Positions 27,447-60,589 of a DNA stretch of 64,000 bases are shown in pieces. Under the pieces are notes generated by a model that saw only the letters and a list, made by a program, of their open reading frames with translations, searched no databases and was not told the origin of the DNA. How positions within the stretch are numbered: the first letter of the stretch is position 1; each line of letters starts with the position of its first letter. Source of the DNA: Iphione sp. A-MEVVRFRX5 (Eukaryota); assembly GCA_976226885.1 (NCBI GenBank), contig OZ320314.1, positions 34,162,001-34,226,000 of the forward strand, written 5' to 3'. A program made the position numbers and the translations under genes.

Positions 27447-27520
27447 TTTGGTATCCCAGTGGGCATAGCCACATCCCATAATACTCGGCTGATTTGCATG
27501 CTTGACGTCACAAGTGGAGC
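27400..27520 (-). promoter_or_regulatory. AGBL4 proximal promoter / intron 1 motifs
   Basis: CRE palindrome TGACGTCA at 27503-27510 and octamer ATTTGCAT at 27492-27499, about 50-60 bp upstream of the ATG. Degenerate X-box GTGCTAAGCAAC (27399-27410) next to a forkhead site TGTAAACAAA (27411-27420) just inside intron 1. Motif matches only. Confidence 0.4.
27422..27446 (-). CDS. AGBL4: AGBL4 exon 1, coding part (MADKKNDS+G)
   Basis: aaaATGG context; 25 nt ending in phase 1 at G|gtttgt, which matches the phase-1 start of exon 2. The donor is weak. Confidence 0.6.
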
Positions 27521-27973
27521 GCCAGTTTGAACCACAGCAGCACGAAAGTCGTCTATAAATTTGTTCTACTAGAGTTTGATGATGTAAATCGTGATGTACA
27601 TGTCACATGTTATATAAGGAAAATGTTTTCGGACGTGATGGTTTCTCTTGAAGATAAAAGTGAATTTAAACAATTTGTATTTCGCGCCACGTGTGCATAC
27701 CTACGTCAAAGGCAAAACACCGCTGGGCTGCTGAGTTGCTCCTCCGCAGTTGAAAAGAGTCCAGTATATCACCACTGTTAACGCCTAAATTTATAGTTTT
27801 ATTAGAATATGTTTGGCGGATTTCACTGAATGATGATATGAAAAATATGAAATTTGATTGAAGTGGGCGTGTCATACGACTTGTATCGTTCAGCATCCCA
27901 TCGATTGGACGAACGAATACAGTGGGCTGTTTATTGTTATCCGCCCAGCAGGTGCTTGCTGCCTGTCAAACTG

Positions 27974-28018
27974 ATGCAAATCTCGCGTTATTTGGTTCCC
28001 AGCACTGACGGAGAGAAG
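27974..28018 (+). CDS. Weaker candidate alternative first exon of elav (MQISRYLVPSTDGEK), divergent from the AGBL4 start
   Basis: 45 nt, phase 0, AAG|gttgag; upstream ATTGG (about 27904) and a GC-box-like GGGCGTG; could be chance. Confidence 0.3.
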
Positions 28019-30032
28019 GTTGAGTTCTTGTTGTAGGGAATTCAGAACAAATTTTGTTGCCATTTTCATTACTTTTTTTTTAATCCTTTATTCTAGTTAG
28101 AGCATCTGTTTAGTGTATTTGCCAAACTGGCATCTTTTCTCTCTGGACACTAGGTATTTTAGCAGCATTCATCTGCCGGAAAAATTATTCCCAAGTTGTC
28201 TATGTTACAACGCACGCCATTTTGTTGTACATTTATTTGGGAAATTTTAAAGGAAAGACTTTCGTCTTTGACGAAACTGGTGTGATATTCGAGGAAGCAA
28301 ATACTTCTCACTGTGGATTTTATTTACCAGGAACATTTAAAATTCGCCAGGCTGTTGGACCCAGCATTAGAACCTCCGGTAAGTCAAGTCAAAGCACCCT
28401 CAATGAATTGGCTGTCTTTGCCCAGCTGTTTCTTTTAAAAAATGTGTTAAACCTAGCGCAGGTACCTCAGAAATTACTTTTGATGTTGTTATTTAGTTGT
28501 GACGTTGGTATAGCATGCAAAACATTACCTCTGGTCAACTGTCATGCATGGTTTTTCCTTCTAATTTCACGTTGCTTGTGAACGCGTCGTAGCTCATGAG
28601 CAGTGGTCGGAGAGCGGCGCGGTGCACGTGGTTCGTGGTACAGGGGCCATGTGTATATTTCGGGGATGCTATTTATAGCTCACCAGTGAAAACAAGCATT
28701 ATAGTATGGCCTGTCATGTGTGACAAAAGGGTGTGTTGGGAGGGGGAGCGGGGGGCGCCCGTGTGCTTGGTTCAACCCGAGCCGGACAGCCCTGCTGTCA
28801 GCGTTCTGCTGACAAAGACTCCAGTTGCTGCAGTCCTTTGTTACACGATGATGTTGGCCTGTGCCACTGCTGACAGATCCAGAAACTGAACATACGATTG
28901 CTGCAGTTAAACTTCTATCAAGGTCTCTATTTGAAGAAAATACGTTTCCCTGCTTGAACAGGGGTCGGAAAGACAGTGTTATTGGTGTTTTCCCGCACGC
29001 GGTCGCCTGTATTTGGGTGGCAAAGACCCTTACTGAAGCATGCAGCTTCCGACATGGCAACAACAAGCAGCAGGCATAGCAGCGCCGATGCTCCGCCTCC
29101 ACTCCGGTCTCATTTTAACATGACCTCAATTCCACGTACACACTAATGTAGGTGGGAATTCCCCCCATGAGAAAGTAACAGGAGCTTAGGGCAAAACATG
29201 GATACTAAATATAATAAAAAGAAAATGAAATTTTATCGCCTCGAAGTTTTGAGAAATGATTTAGAATTGGTTGATCGTTAAGTTTGTGCTGAACGTGATT
29301 GGACGCATATTAATTTGTGGCGATGGGAGGAGCTTAATCGACTTCACCTGGCATTCTGCTTTAGCAGCAGTTTTTTGTTTCAATCGGACAACGTTATCGT
29401 AAACAAATCGTGTTATCACCGCATAAGCTTCATTAAGTTCTTTTCCTACGAGTGATCGTCACTCAGCGATGTCAGCAATTCTGCTTTAAACACTGATGAG
29501 ATCTTGCACATTGTGGTCCCATTAGAACAAAGTAACACAATACACATGTATTCTTACCGTTTGATCTCCGCTGTTTGCAGCAGCACTTCCCCCGATATTA
29601 TTAAAGCTGTTCAATGAGAGAGAAAATGAGTTCAATCCTGAAATATGGTCTTGGGCGTTCAGTGCTTGCATACTTTCAGAGATCTATTGGGATCAAACTG
29701 AGTTCTGCCTTGCAAAGGGTGATTATATTGTTCTATATACATGTAAATCTATTATATCTAGTTGCTTCGGGAAGCTGTCACCCGGAGCGCTGTGTACGGT
29801 CACCCACTCATTTTCCCTCATTCAAACCTGTCAATAAGCAGTCACCATTTGTAGTCAAAACAATCCCACAAATGTCATAAACGTGCCACACGCCACGAAC
29901 ACAAAGGCTCTAAATAACTCTCAGTCGAGAATAGTCTATTTACATACGATTTCAATGGAAGTCGCATTATTGGGTATGCACGAGGACATTGTCCGATTCA
30001 GAGGATGATTTGGCTTAGCATGCTTGCTCCTG

Positions 30033-30232
30033 ATTGGTCGCTCCAAGGAGCCCTTTTAATTCGACACGCCCTCCTCAGCACTATATTTGACCACGTCACG
30101 CGCATACATTTGCCAGTCGGATATTGTCTACACATCTGTGCACCGGGGGTCCATGTGCGCTCAGTTGGTGCTTAACTTCCTAGTCATTCTGAACCAAGTT
30201 CTTTCACTTAGCTTAACGTCAGCCAAATGCAG
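30033..30232 (+). promoter_or_regulatory. Candidate promoter plus short first exon ending ATG CAG|gtacgg (MQ)
   Basis: ATTGG at 30033, CTCCTCAG at 30071-30078 then TATATTT at 30082, Inr-like CCAGTC at about 30113, phase-0 donor at 30233. Confidence 0.35.
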
Positions 30233-30495
30233 GTACGGTATGGTATTGCATTTACAGATATCTATGTATCTCTTTCATTTGTAAAGCTTTTTGGGATCGT
30301 TCTCCGTTGGTGAATCGAATCTATCACATGCTTCAACTTGAGAGCTTTGTGCCCCTTCGTCCTGAACAAAAACTTGAGGACATGAGTGGAAAGTGCGTAA
30401 AAAGGGTGTATCTTCCGTATTGTTTGAATATGTTAGTATTTCATGAGATTAGCTTTAAGTAGACCAGCAGTTTAAGGTGAATGAACTATGTCAGG

Positions 30496-30720
30496 TAGTG
30501 GCAGCAGCAGCAGCGGCGGCTGCTGCTGCTGTAAGTTGTCGGCCAGGGAACCATGCACCTGCTGTGGCTGCAGCTGCTACTACTGCTGCTGCCTCCACCG
30601 CCGCCGCCGCCGCCGCCACCGCTGTCGGAGGAGCCACCGCCTCAGCTGCAGCTATCGCCGCTGCCGCCGAGGAGACTATACCTGCCTCCTTGGGGCCTAG
30701 TGCTGCTAGCCAGCCAGTCA
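30496..30720. repeat. GCN-type trinucleotide low-complexity tract (poly-Ala ORFs on both strands)
   Basis: Mixed gca/gcg/gct/gcc runs. Confidence 0.8.
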
Positions 30721-33700
30721 GCCACCCAGCCACCCAGCTGCCGCTATCAGGGGCAGACCCAGGTCCACTCATCTTGTACACCACCACCAAAGTCTTGAAG
30801 TGGGAGGATGTTGCTGATCGTACCAATGCAGTACTCTAGTTTTCTCAGGACATTTTTTCGTCTGGCTCTGTAGTTGAAAAGCATACACAAAAGTGTAGTT
30901 ATTGTACCACATGAGACTAACTTTTAGTGGACCCGGACGTTTACCAACATTGCAAGCGGTACGACCCTCATGCGACAGACAAAGGCTATTGTGTGTTAAA
31001 CCAGATGCTGCAGCCCAGTCAGCGGAGCATCTGGCCCACGCCCGTGGATTTACCATCGATGTAACAGCGATTACCCCAAGCTGACGAGCGCACATGCTGG
31101 AATTAGCAGTTGAACTTAAACTTTTATTATCACATTTTATTTTTCCCGTAGCTAGTTCGAAAAAGGTCACCACTCAATTAGCGTTCGTCAGGGATCGATC
31201 GTACTGGTGCAACCCAAAAGAAACTGCATAACGGTCTTGATCGCTTTCCTTTTTCATCTATTTCACTGGTAAGCCGTTTACAGACCTAATTTAAATTCCC
31301 CGCTGCTATTCAAAAACTGCTCATATGAGTAAATATTCACGTGAGCAGCTCCTATACTGTAGATGTAATGTCACTTCAGAGTACCAGTCTGGTAGGTAGT
31401 TATGTACGTAGATCAGAAGCGTATGGAGTCGACGATTGGGAAATTTGATTCATGTACACAATGCATTTCGGTTTTCTCCCCTGATATGTATTTGATAGCG
31501 GATAGTGAAATGGAACACTCAGAAAGGGCAAGTCAAGTGAGGCTGGTATGGGGCCGCCTCCGCTCGGTTACTCTCAGCCCAGCACACATGGTCCTCATAG
31601 CACACCACTGACTCCAGATGGAGGCAGTTTCTTGTAGACAGGGCCTAGAATATGAGGGCGCTACTAAACAGACAAGATACTTATTTGCGGGGCAAAGGGT
31701 CGTCAGCCAAAAGATTGGACAGGATTAGAGGGGCTTCTTCTTGAAACGTGTACAGATATGGCATTTTGTACACATCAGTAGCGTGTATTCATGTACGGAT
31801 AGAGTGGAGCGGAATGCATCATTTCAGTGGAAGTTGAACGGGAGCTTCATTCACACGCCCTTTAATTCTGGTACCATGGCTCACAATTTTGATTAAAGTA
31901 GTCAAACCGCCTCTTAAAGTGCTTTTCATTTGCTGGAGGACCACTGTTTTTGTAATTTTTATATTAATTACGCCAGAATATCTTAACTTTAGGACGCAGG
32001 TGAATATCAAACTCATCAAATACTCCTTTGAAAAGAACGAGTTCAATGTAAAAGTTTTATGCCTATTCCTTGGTGGAGCGAGTAGGGGCCGGTCTTGTGG
32101 ATCTCGTTCAAGCGCTGTCAGTTCAGCAAAGACGGGAATCCCCGCTTCGATCACGTGTCCTCACGTCATTGGCGCTTTCCGGTGTACCGATTATGCCTGA
32201 CTGGAGCCAGCCTCAACTTCCTTTTCTGATCTTAATGATTCGAGACGGCCCCAGAAGCAACATACGGCTAGGAGCATGTTCCCAGACACCCCCGCCCCGC
32301 CCCCCCCCCCGAAGCCACAAGCCAGATGGGCCTGCTAGCCAGTCGCTCCGCCAGAAGCAGCACCAGCAGAGCTGGGGATTCCTGTCGGCGCTTGTGACGT
32401 CAGAGGCTGTAATTTTTTGATGATGGGGAAGGTGGCGTGACGGTCAGTTTTATAGCAGTGGATGCGGGCTGTGGGAGTCACATGTACCAGTAAGCGTGGA
32501 TCTATGTACATCACCTGCCTGCGCCAGCTCCGCACACAGCCATGGATGTCGACACACCTTTCAGCCAGGCCGATCTTTGGGTCAGTATTATCCGCCATTC
32601 TTCGGAGTTGGCTATTTTCCACCAGGTTTGTTCCGATCGTGGAGGAATTTCGACGTGGATCATCCGCAAGCAGGCGCCCGCCATGGCGGCAATTGACGCG
32701 CTCGGCGGGGTGTTCGGTGGCAGCGGCGGGCTGCGGCGACCGACAACGGGCGGCAGTGGCGGCGGCGGGCCGCGCTGGTGATGGAATCTTAGCATCAGCC
32801 ATGGCGCGCTGCACACGGTACTCCGGATCGTTACCAGCAGTAGCAGCGTCAGCCCCGCAGCACCAGCCCCCATCGCCCAAGACGCCGTCGCCGACCCTGT
32901 CCTGCCTGCCTCCTCGCCTGCCTGCCAGCCTGCCTGCTGTTAACCTGCCCGCACTGCCAGCATAGTAGAGTCCCAGCCTATGTGCCACTAGTTCTGAGCG
33001 CCAGTAGCCCAACATCATAGTTCGAACATTTACGTATTCGTATTGTTACTGCTCATATAGAGGGAAGTGGGTGATAAGCGCAGCGAAAGGCATTTGAACG
33101 TCGCTATCCTCGTGCTCATTTTCCCATCTTTTGTGGGCGGCCGTGTTTGTCAGGCCATTCACGATCTAATGGCAACCGTACGCCAATACAGTCGACAGGG
33201 CCTTCGGCCGCCCCACACCAATCGCCGGGGCCTGTTGTTTGTAGTGTCCGCCGGCTTTGGCATTGACGATGTAAGATAAATATTGTCTATACATTAGCTG
33301 AGTGTGGGGCAGGCCAGGCCGGCACCGCCGCACAGGTGATGGCCGTAAGAGGGGAGGGAGAGGGCGGCAGGTGGCAGCAGATGGCCACGTCTAGAAGCGA
33401 TGGCCTTTGTACCCCAACCTGCACAGGGCTCCCTACTGCTGACGCCACCGCCCACAGATGTGATGGATGATGGTGGTAGGGCGGCCAGTGGCCGGCAAAC
33501 AACGGACGCGCACCCACTAACACGGGAAATGGGCCTGTTTGACGCTCCAGCACCAGCCCATATTGTCCGCCATAGTACACAGCATTTACCAAGATGATAG
33601 TTTCCACTCAGCGGCCTCTTGTTGTACATGTTGTTAAGCACAACGATATACATTTCATCAGCGTATGATATAACTTGTTACTGATAAAAACTCCATGTAT

Positions 33701-34018
33701 CGAAGTTCTCGAGAATGTTGTCTACATGTGTACGTATTGTTTGCAGCAACTTGAAGCCAGTATTATTTCAGTGTACCATTTGAATGTTTGAGGGCCAAAG
33801 GTTTTTTTGTGCTCTTGCAACAGTGGATTATGTCTTCTTTTTTTTTAAGGAGACTACTGTTTTCTGCATTCATGCTAGATCTCTGTTTCTCATCGACTTT
33901 TGTAGATCATGTTGCCCGAATTTATTGTCGCTTTTCCTATACTACTAATCTCGTCAAACGTATCGGCTGTATTGTACCTTATTCATCGGGAAGTTCAGTG
34001 GTAGCACAGTGGCATTAA

Positions 34019-54319
<20,301 letters not shown>

Positions 54320-57300
54320 ACGGCATGCAGGGACCACGCGCGTGACTGCAGCTAGTCAGGAGTCGAAGAGTGTGTACATGTAGTTGTGGGCTTTTTGACC
54401 ATGTGAACTCGACTGTATGTATGAACATTGAACATTTTGGTCTCAATGCCCGTATTAGAGCACATCAACCCTCGAGATGACGACGGCAAGGGAAGTTAAT
54501 GAAATATGACGTAGATGATGATGAAGAATTCTTAAAAGACGACTAAGACGTGGCGACGATGAACAATATTGAAGATGACATGTGTTCACACGAATAGTAT
54601 CCTGCAAGGAGGACTGGACATTTAATGTGGTCAAGATTCCACACGGCAAATTTAACAAACTTTTACATTGTCCCATTTTCTTATTTATGTTAGCAACGCG
54701 TTTTAGAGAACATTGTGTTCTTGAGCATAATTTATGAGGTATTCACTGTATATGGAGTACACTTATTTATTGCTGTTTCTCATCATGTTTATTTGTGAGA
54801 TAGGTGTTTCCGAAGTAACATTTTCTTAGAGTAATTCAAACTTTTATGAGATTTTACTTTAAACGTGAGTGATAAGCAGTGGTGTAGCAAGCCTCGTGGT
54901 TGCTTTAGTTACTCACCAACGCCGCTCTGGCACCTTTGGTTCCAGTATTATAGAATGTGGAGAATAAGTCACTTAAGATTATTTATGGATTCCAGCTTTT
55001 GTTTGATTCATCGTGGTGAACCATTAAATTTTATTTGTGTCATGCTAAAATTTTGATTGCTTTGTCTTTATTTCATTCTCCTCTTATTTATTCTCCCTGG
55101 AGTTTATTTCATGAAATACTATTTATTTTAGATGATTGTGGATACAACCTAGTTTATTTATTATGATACTAACCGTTACAGTGTAGCTTCTAGGACTAAC
55201 AGCGCCCTACTTTTTGATAGAGTTTCTTCTTACTATTCATTGTGTTGTTGTGTGCTTATAAATGACAGACATCAAAAACCCACTTTCAACAGCCAGAATC
55301 AATGATTCATAACTTTTGGTTGTCTTGTTTCACATTTGGGGGTCCCCTTGTGTTCCATTGGTTTACATTTGCATGTGATGGATATGAACGACATAAACAA
55401 AACCCATTGGAAGGGCATGAGGCTGAGCGGTCTAGCCGTGGTGAGGTCTGGCGTTAGAATAATGTAATGTTGAGGCAAAGGAGTATGAGAGAACGGTGAC
55501 AGTGATACACCTTCAACTTCTACGAAGAAGCAGAAAGTCTATTTTTGTACGTTGGACCTACTCTAGATGTTGGTTATTAGCGGATGGGGGTTTGTATGTT
55601 CAAGCGTAACATCACAATGCTGGGGAAGCTTATGCCAATTAAATGTTCTTCCATTTACATGCAGAAAACATTTCATACAAACTGGAGATTTTCATACATT
55701 CAAAATGGTCACATTAGAGAATTGTAAATACCTGAGTTAGACCAACAATTTGATAAATTTTACAAGATGGATATCGACAAACCTCAAAGGTTTAGAATCA
55801 ACGATGTTAATATCAATGATGGGATAGGTTATTTCGTATGGCACTTGGTCTCTCAAGTTATTGTACATTGTTACTCATAGACATTCCTTCTTATGGCGAT
55901 GTAGAATTTCTATAGGACTAGTGCAGAGTAGCTTTTGTAGGGCTTTTTGCACTCTAATCCAACCTCCGTGTGTAAATTACTCTTTATTTGGAGGTCAAAC
56001 TATTCTTGGAACATATTTCCAAAAGACAAGAAATGCATTGAAGAGGGATCAAATGTATAAAGTGGAAATGTAAAGTCTAAATATTCCAAACTCAAGTAAA
56101 TACCTGTATATGATGAAAAACACGGGAGTGATGGAAGATAAAGAAATGATAATATATGAACAAATTGCAAATGCAGCATTTCCAAAATCGGAAGTTGTTT
56201 CTGGACAATGGTTGTTAGTTGTTACGCTATGCCCTGTTGAAGGTTTACTGTAGCACTACAATTGTCACTGAGGCCTGCTCACAGTGGCATGGGATGTACA
56301 ATAACGTACGCTCTTCAGCTTGCTGACACAGAATCTTGTGTGTTCTTTACCAAGAGAGATTCTCATCTATATTTTCCAAAGACAAACTGCAGGATTCAAA
56401 GAGCCAAAGCTGGAAAGACTATTCTTCTATGGCTTATATACCATACATACATCCGTAAGTACTGTACCTACCTACACTGAGTACAATGTGTAACTCTTGA
56501 CTGTTATTTCTCAAACGTGCGTATTCCCATTGAATTCATATTACACTGATTTCCGTCAGATGTTATAAAACGAAGTTCTTGCATGGCGCGTGGCAATGGC
56601 ATGTCAAAACTCCGGACTGCTTGAAGTATACTCTTGTTAGTGTAATGCTTGTGTCCTCTTAGTATACACTGCACTGTGGCACATCTCCTATGTACTACCA
56701 TACTAATTTATAGTTTGGAATATATTCATTCTTTTGGAAATACTCATTGATAACATAACTGGTTGTATTTGAGTGAAGCTGAGGCAATTACATGTACTGG
56801 CATCGCTCCCCTGACTGGCCCTACCCCTGGGTTCGCGGTCTCAATGAACACTCCAGAGACAAAACCAGGGAATAAGTCTACGTCCCCACAATCATCTTTT
56901 ACCTTGAATCGAATGAAACAAAGCAACGAAAAGTGGTTATGTTGAGAAACACGTCATAGTACGCGGCTGGACACTTAAGCTATTCAAGTAGTGTCCCACT
57001 CGAAATCTCACTGGATGTGGTCTGTATATAGAGACAAAAGTACCAAGCTTTTTCAGTCGCCAGGTTTAAGTCTAGATTTTGACTACTGTGTTCGACAGCT
57101 GGCAGTTATGAATTAATTGATATTCAGGTATTATGATTGGATGATAATTTTGCGCCCTCCTTTCCGAAGGAGTTCTTTGTAGTTTAGCTATTGTAGTTGT
57201 AGGAAAAGTCAATTACCAACTTTCGGTCGGGGTCAGGCGACCATGGGGCTCCTCCCTAGTCGCATGGCCTCGTCCCATTTTGTTCATTTAATGTTTTATC

Positions 57301-57820
57301 CTAGTCGCTTGCATTCCATATTCAATGTTGATGTTTCGTGATTGTTCAAATTTTTGTAATTGTCCTACTAGCATCTCAACACTGGGTTAAGTTAGGCCTC
57401 CGATTTGGGTTGTTGCATGGTAGCCTATTCCTCAGTTGGTGGGGTCGTTGAAATAACTGACCAAGAGTGCAAGGTTTAAGTGGAATGGCCGGATCTTGCC
57501 CATGTATCCCCAGTATGCCTAGCTTGTTTGAGTTGTTTATATCAATCATGTCTCCTATGGCACCTCCTATGCCGGTCGACCGAGATGTAGGCAATCCTTT
57601 GTCGTGAAGTTGATCTGACGAAACTATTAAAGATAACTGATCATAACAAGGACTAAGAAAATGGAGGATAGACTCTTAAACCCTGGATGAGGAGGACGAG
57701 TCTAGTGAAACCAGGTCAGCCAGCTCATTGTTGTCGTTTCTTATGTAGTTTGGTTGTATTGCAATATTTGTACTTTTACATGTCAAAAGATTATAAAATA
57801 AATTGTATTGAAAATGAAAT
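54320..57820 (+). other. elav: Putative long U/AU-rich 3' UTR of elav
   Basis: ATTTA pentamers at 54620, 54683, 54730, 54765, 54981, 55086 and 55121; ATTAAA at 55023 and 55638; the first AATAAA after the stop is at 57797-57802, followed by GT-rich sequence. The 3' end is inferred. Confidence 0.5.
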
Positions 57821-60554
57821 ATGTCTGTCTTGGGTGGTTGCTACAAATACCTCAACATCGTGCCGTATAATCTTTTTTTGTGCTAATTTTCCCATTTTCT
57901 GTAGACGTCATTCCTGCCCTATTCTAAAAGCTGAATTGTTACATAATTTCCTGATTGAAGTTCAAGTATAAGTGTTTTTATTGTTCTTGTTGGTTCGTGG
58001 ATTTTATACAAAAAATTAATTTGCGTTTGAATCGTCAGAGTGAGTCCATATTTATCTCCCTCGCATTTTCTAACCCCTAAAGGTATATACTACTTATTGT
58101 TTGTGAACAACCGTCGGGTGGTCGATCCAACCACAAATCTGAGTTGCAGCCTGTTTACAGTTCCATTTAAGTCCTTAAATCAAAGAAATCCTGCATGGTG
58201 TACCTCTACAACGCTAACCCACTCACCCCAGCCTGGTCTTCTCGCCCTCCCCGAGCACCTGCAACCTAGACTAACCCTCTCCTCAGCCACCAGCGTAGTA
58301 GCCAGCCATCGATCAACCGAACGCTGAATATTTAATGAGGTTCAAAATGCAGTTCACGTGTGTATTTGAACAGTACAAGCCAATCCAATATTAAAGTGTG
58401 CCGAGAGTGCCGTGTCGCCAGCTGGACGAGCCACCTGACAATAGATATTCAGGCTAGATATTAATATTTCCGACTTGATTGCATTCACGGCTTTCTGTGT
58501 GTCCATTAGGCGAGGCGGCGCAACCATTCGGAGCAAGCAAACGGCACATGTCGGCAAGCCTGGCAAGGAGATGTACCCCGCCCCTGTAAGCATCACCTCA
58601 GGAGAGTCAAATAATAGTACTTTGTACGGCTGTGGCGCACAATCATCACCTGGATGGAGTTAATGATACGGAGGGGGTGGGGATGGGGTAGCGGGAAGCG
58701 CTGGGAATGTCTGGCGGCGGAACGGTGCGGATGACTGAGTATAGCGAGGTCATGGTCCCAGCTGCAGCCTCCAGCAGGCGCCCTTCGCTAGAGGTGCAAT
58801 AGGAGGAGCAAGAGGAGGGTGCGGGAAGCGATTGGCGGGGTTTGGGTGAAGGAGGGGGGCGGGGGGGGATCAGAAGAGGATCGATGTCCCTAGTACTCAT
58901 TGCTCCAACGTTCTAGGCGGCCTCCCACGCCCGCTCGCTTCTCTTCCTTCCCGCTGGCGTGGCGGCTTATGCGCCCTGCGCGCCTTCTTCGCACGTCACC
59001 ACTGAGCCCATCATCCCCCCCCCCCCTCCTCCCCGTATCCACCGTAGCTGAAGGTAGATGGCTTCAGAGCGCCAGCAGGCTACTCAACTGCCAGTGATGC
59101 TGCGAGATCCTTCCGGGCTCCAGTTGTCGCCAAGCGTCGGTCTTCTGTCGTCCCTGTCGCCAGGGCCCAAGAGCTTTAAGCGAGATCGGGTAGCCCCGCC
59201 ACACATCACGCCAGCCAAGTTGGGGGCGCATGCTGGGTTCCCCTGTTCTAGAAACCCACACCCAGCCTTAACCCACCGACCCCAGCCGCCCAGCAGGTGC
59301 GCGAGAGTTAACCGAAACGAAGATCGCCAGACTAAAAGCCGCCCTGCTGTTGGCTACGGCCGACTATAGGCTCCCCCCCCCCCCCCCCCTAGCCTTACTC
59401 CCTTCATCAGAGAAACTACTGGGAGTTTATAGGTAATTGGTGGGACCCACCTCGGGGAGTCTGGAGATAAGAAAGCATTAAAAACAAGTCTAGGCAAGTG
59501 AATTGAAGGTACGTTGAGTCGGATTGGTTGGCAATAGAGCGGTACCAGACCGGGAGGACTCGGCGTTTGGTGGCCCCAACGGTACACTGTTGCCTTCGCC
59601 CCCTGAATATGCCATGCTTTGTTATCCACTGAATCTGGACTGAAACGAACCCCGTGTGAATTATTCATGGAACACGCATTAAATCTATACTGCTCAACTA
59701 CATCTGTATGTAGTGCTGAACCTTCATGAAAACTGTACTACTGTTCCGTCTTCTATACGTGTAATGATCTGCGGCGCGTCAAATATGCATCCAATTCAGG
59801 TGGCCCCCATTCATAATGGCAAGTACGCCAGGTATTGCTACAGAAATAGAACGCCTTATTTCGAAAATAAGAAGGGGAGATAATAGGCGAGCACATCGGG
59901 AAATTGTTACTGAAACAGGTAGAAGTAAGCTAGGATCAGGTGACTTATAGTTACAGGCACGGACTATATAACTAAGAAGGATGGTACCATACCACCATTC
60001 CGTTGGTTCTGAAGCACCTCGTGAAGCAGGCAGTGTGGCTCTAGGATAACAGCTTAAGAGACACTGATGAGCGTCCTGATTTGATTTACAAAGAACGTGA
60101 TTGAACATTAAGCCAATTGTACCACCTCCTGGTCTTCGCCATAAAATTCCTGCCTATACTGCGAAGGAAAAAAAATGTAACGTGAGCTCAACTAGATGTA
60201 TTCAGTGTACCGCACTGGACGGAGATGAGCCAATCAGAAATATTGGAGGATATACTTATCTATGGCTTTGGTACATATCTTTCGTAACGGAGGGGTATCA
60301 AGATACGACAAGACGCTGGCACAGACCACGGAAATTCCTCAGATTGCGCATATTTAAACAGTTCTATCTTGATGAAACTATATCTAGTGTTGCTTTAGCG
60401 TCTCTGCACTCTGTGGTAGTGACCATCATATGAGGTGATTTTTACTGTTCCAAACCTGTAATTTTGTCGACATTGATAAGTGCAAATGCAAGTAGGTGTA
60501 TAATTATAGTAAGTGTCCGGCCGTCCTTATTGTTTATTTATTAACTCTGCCATA

Positions 60555-60586
<32 letters not shown>
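60555..60586. repeat. (TGTC)8 microsatellite
   Basis: Seen directly. Confidence 0.95.

Positions 60587-60589
<3 letters not shown>

Noticed and set aside
32335-33018. Longest ORFs in the track (227 aa minus, 167 aa plus)
   Set aside because: GC-rich, low complexity, open on both strands, with no domain or clear splice sites. More likely a CpG-rich regulatory region upstream of the shared elav exon.
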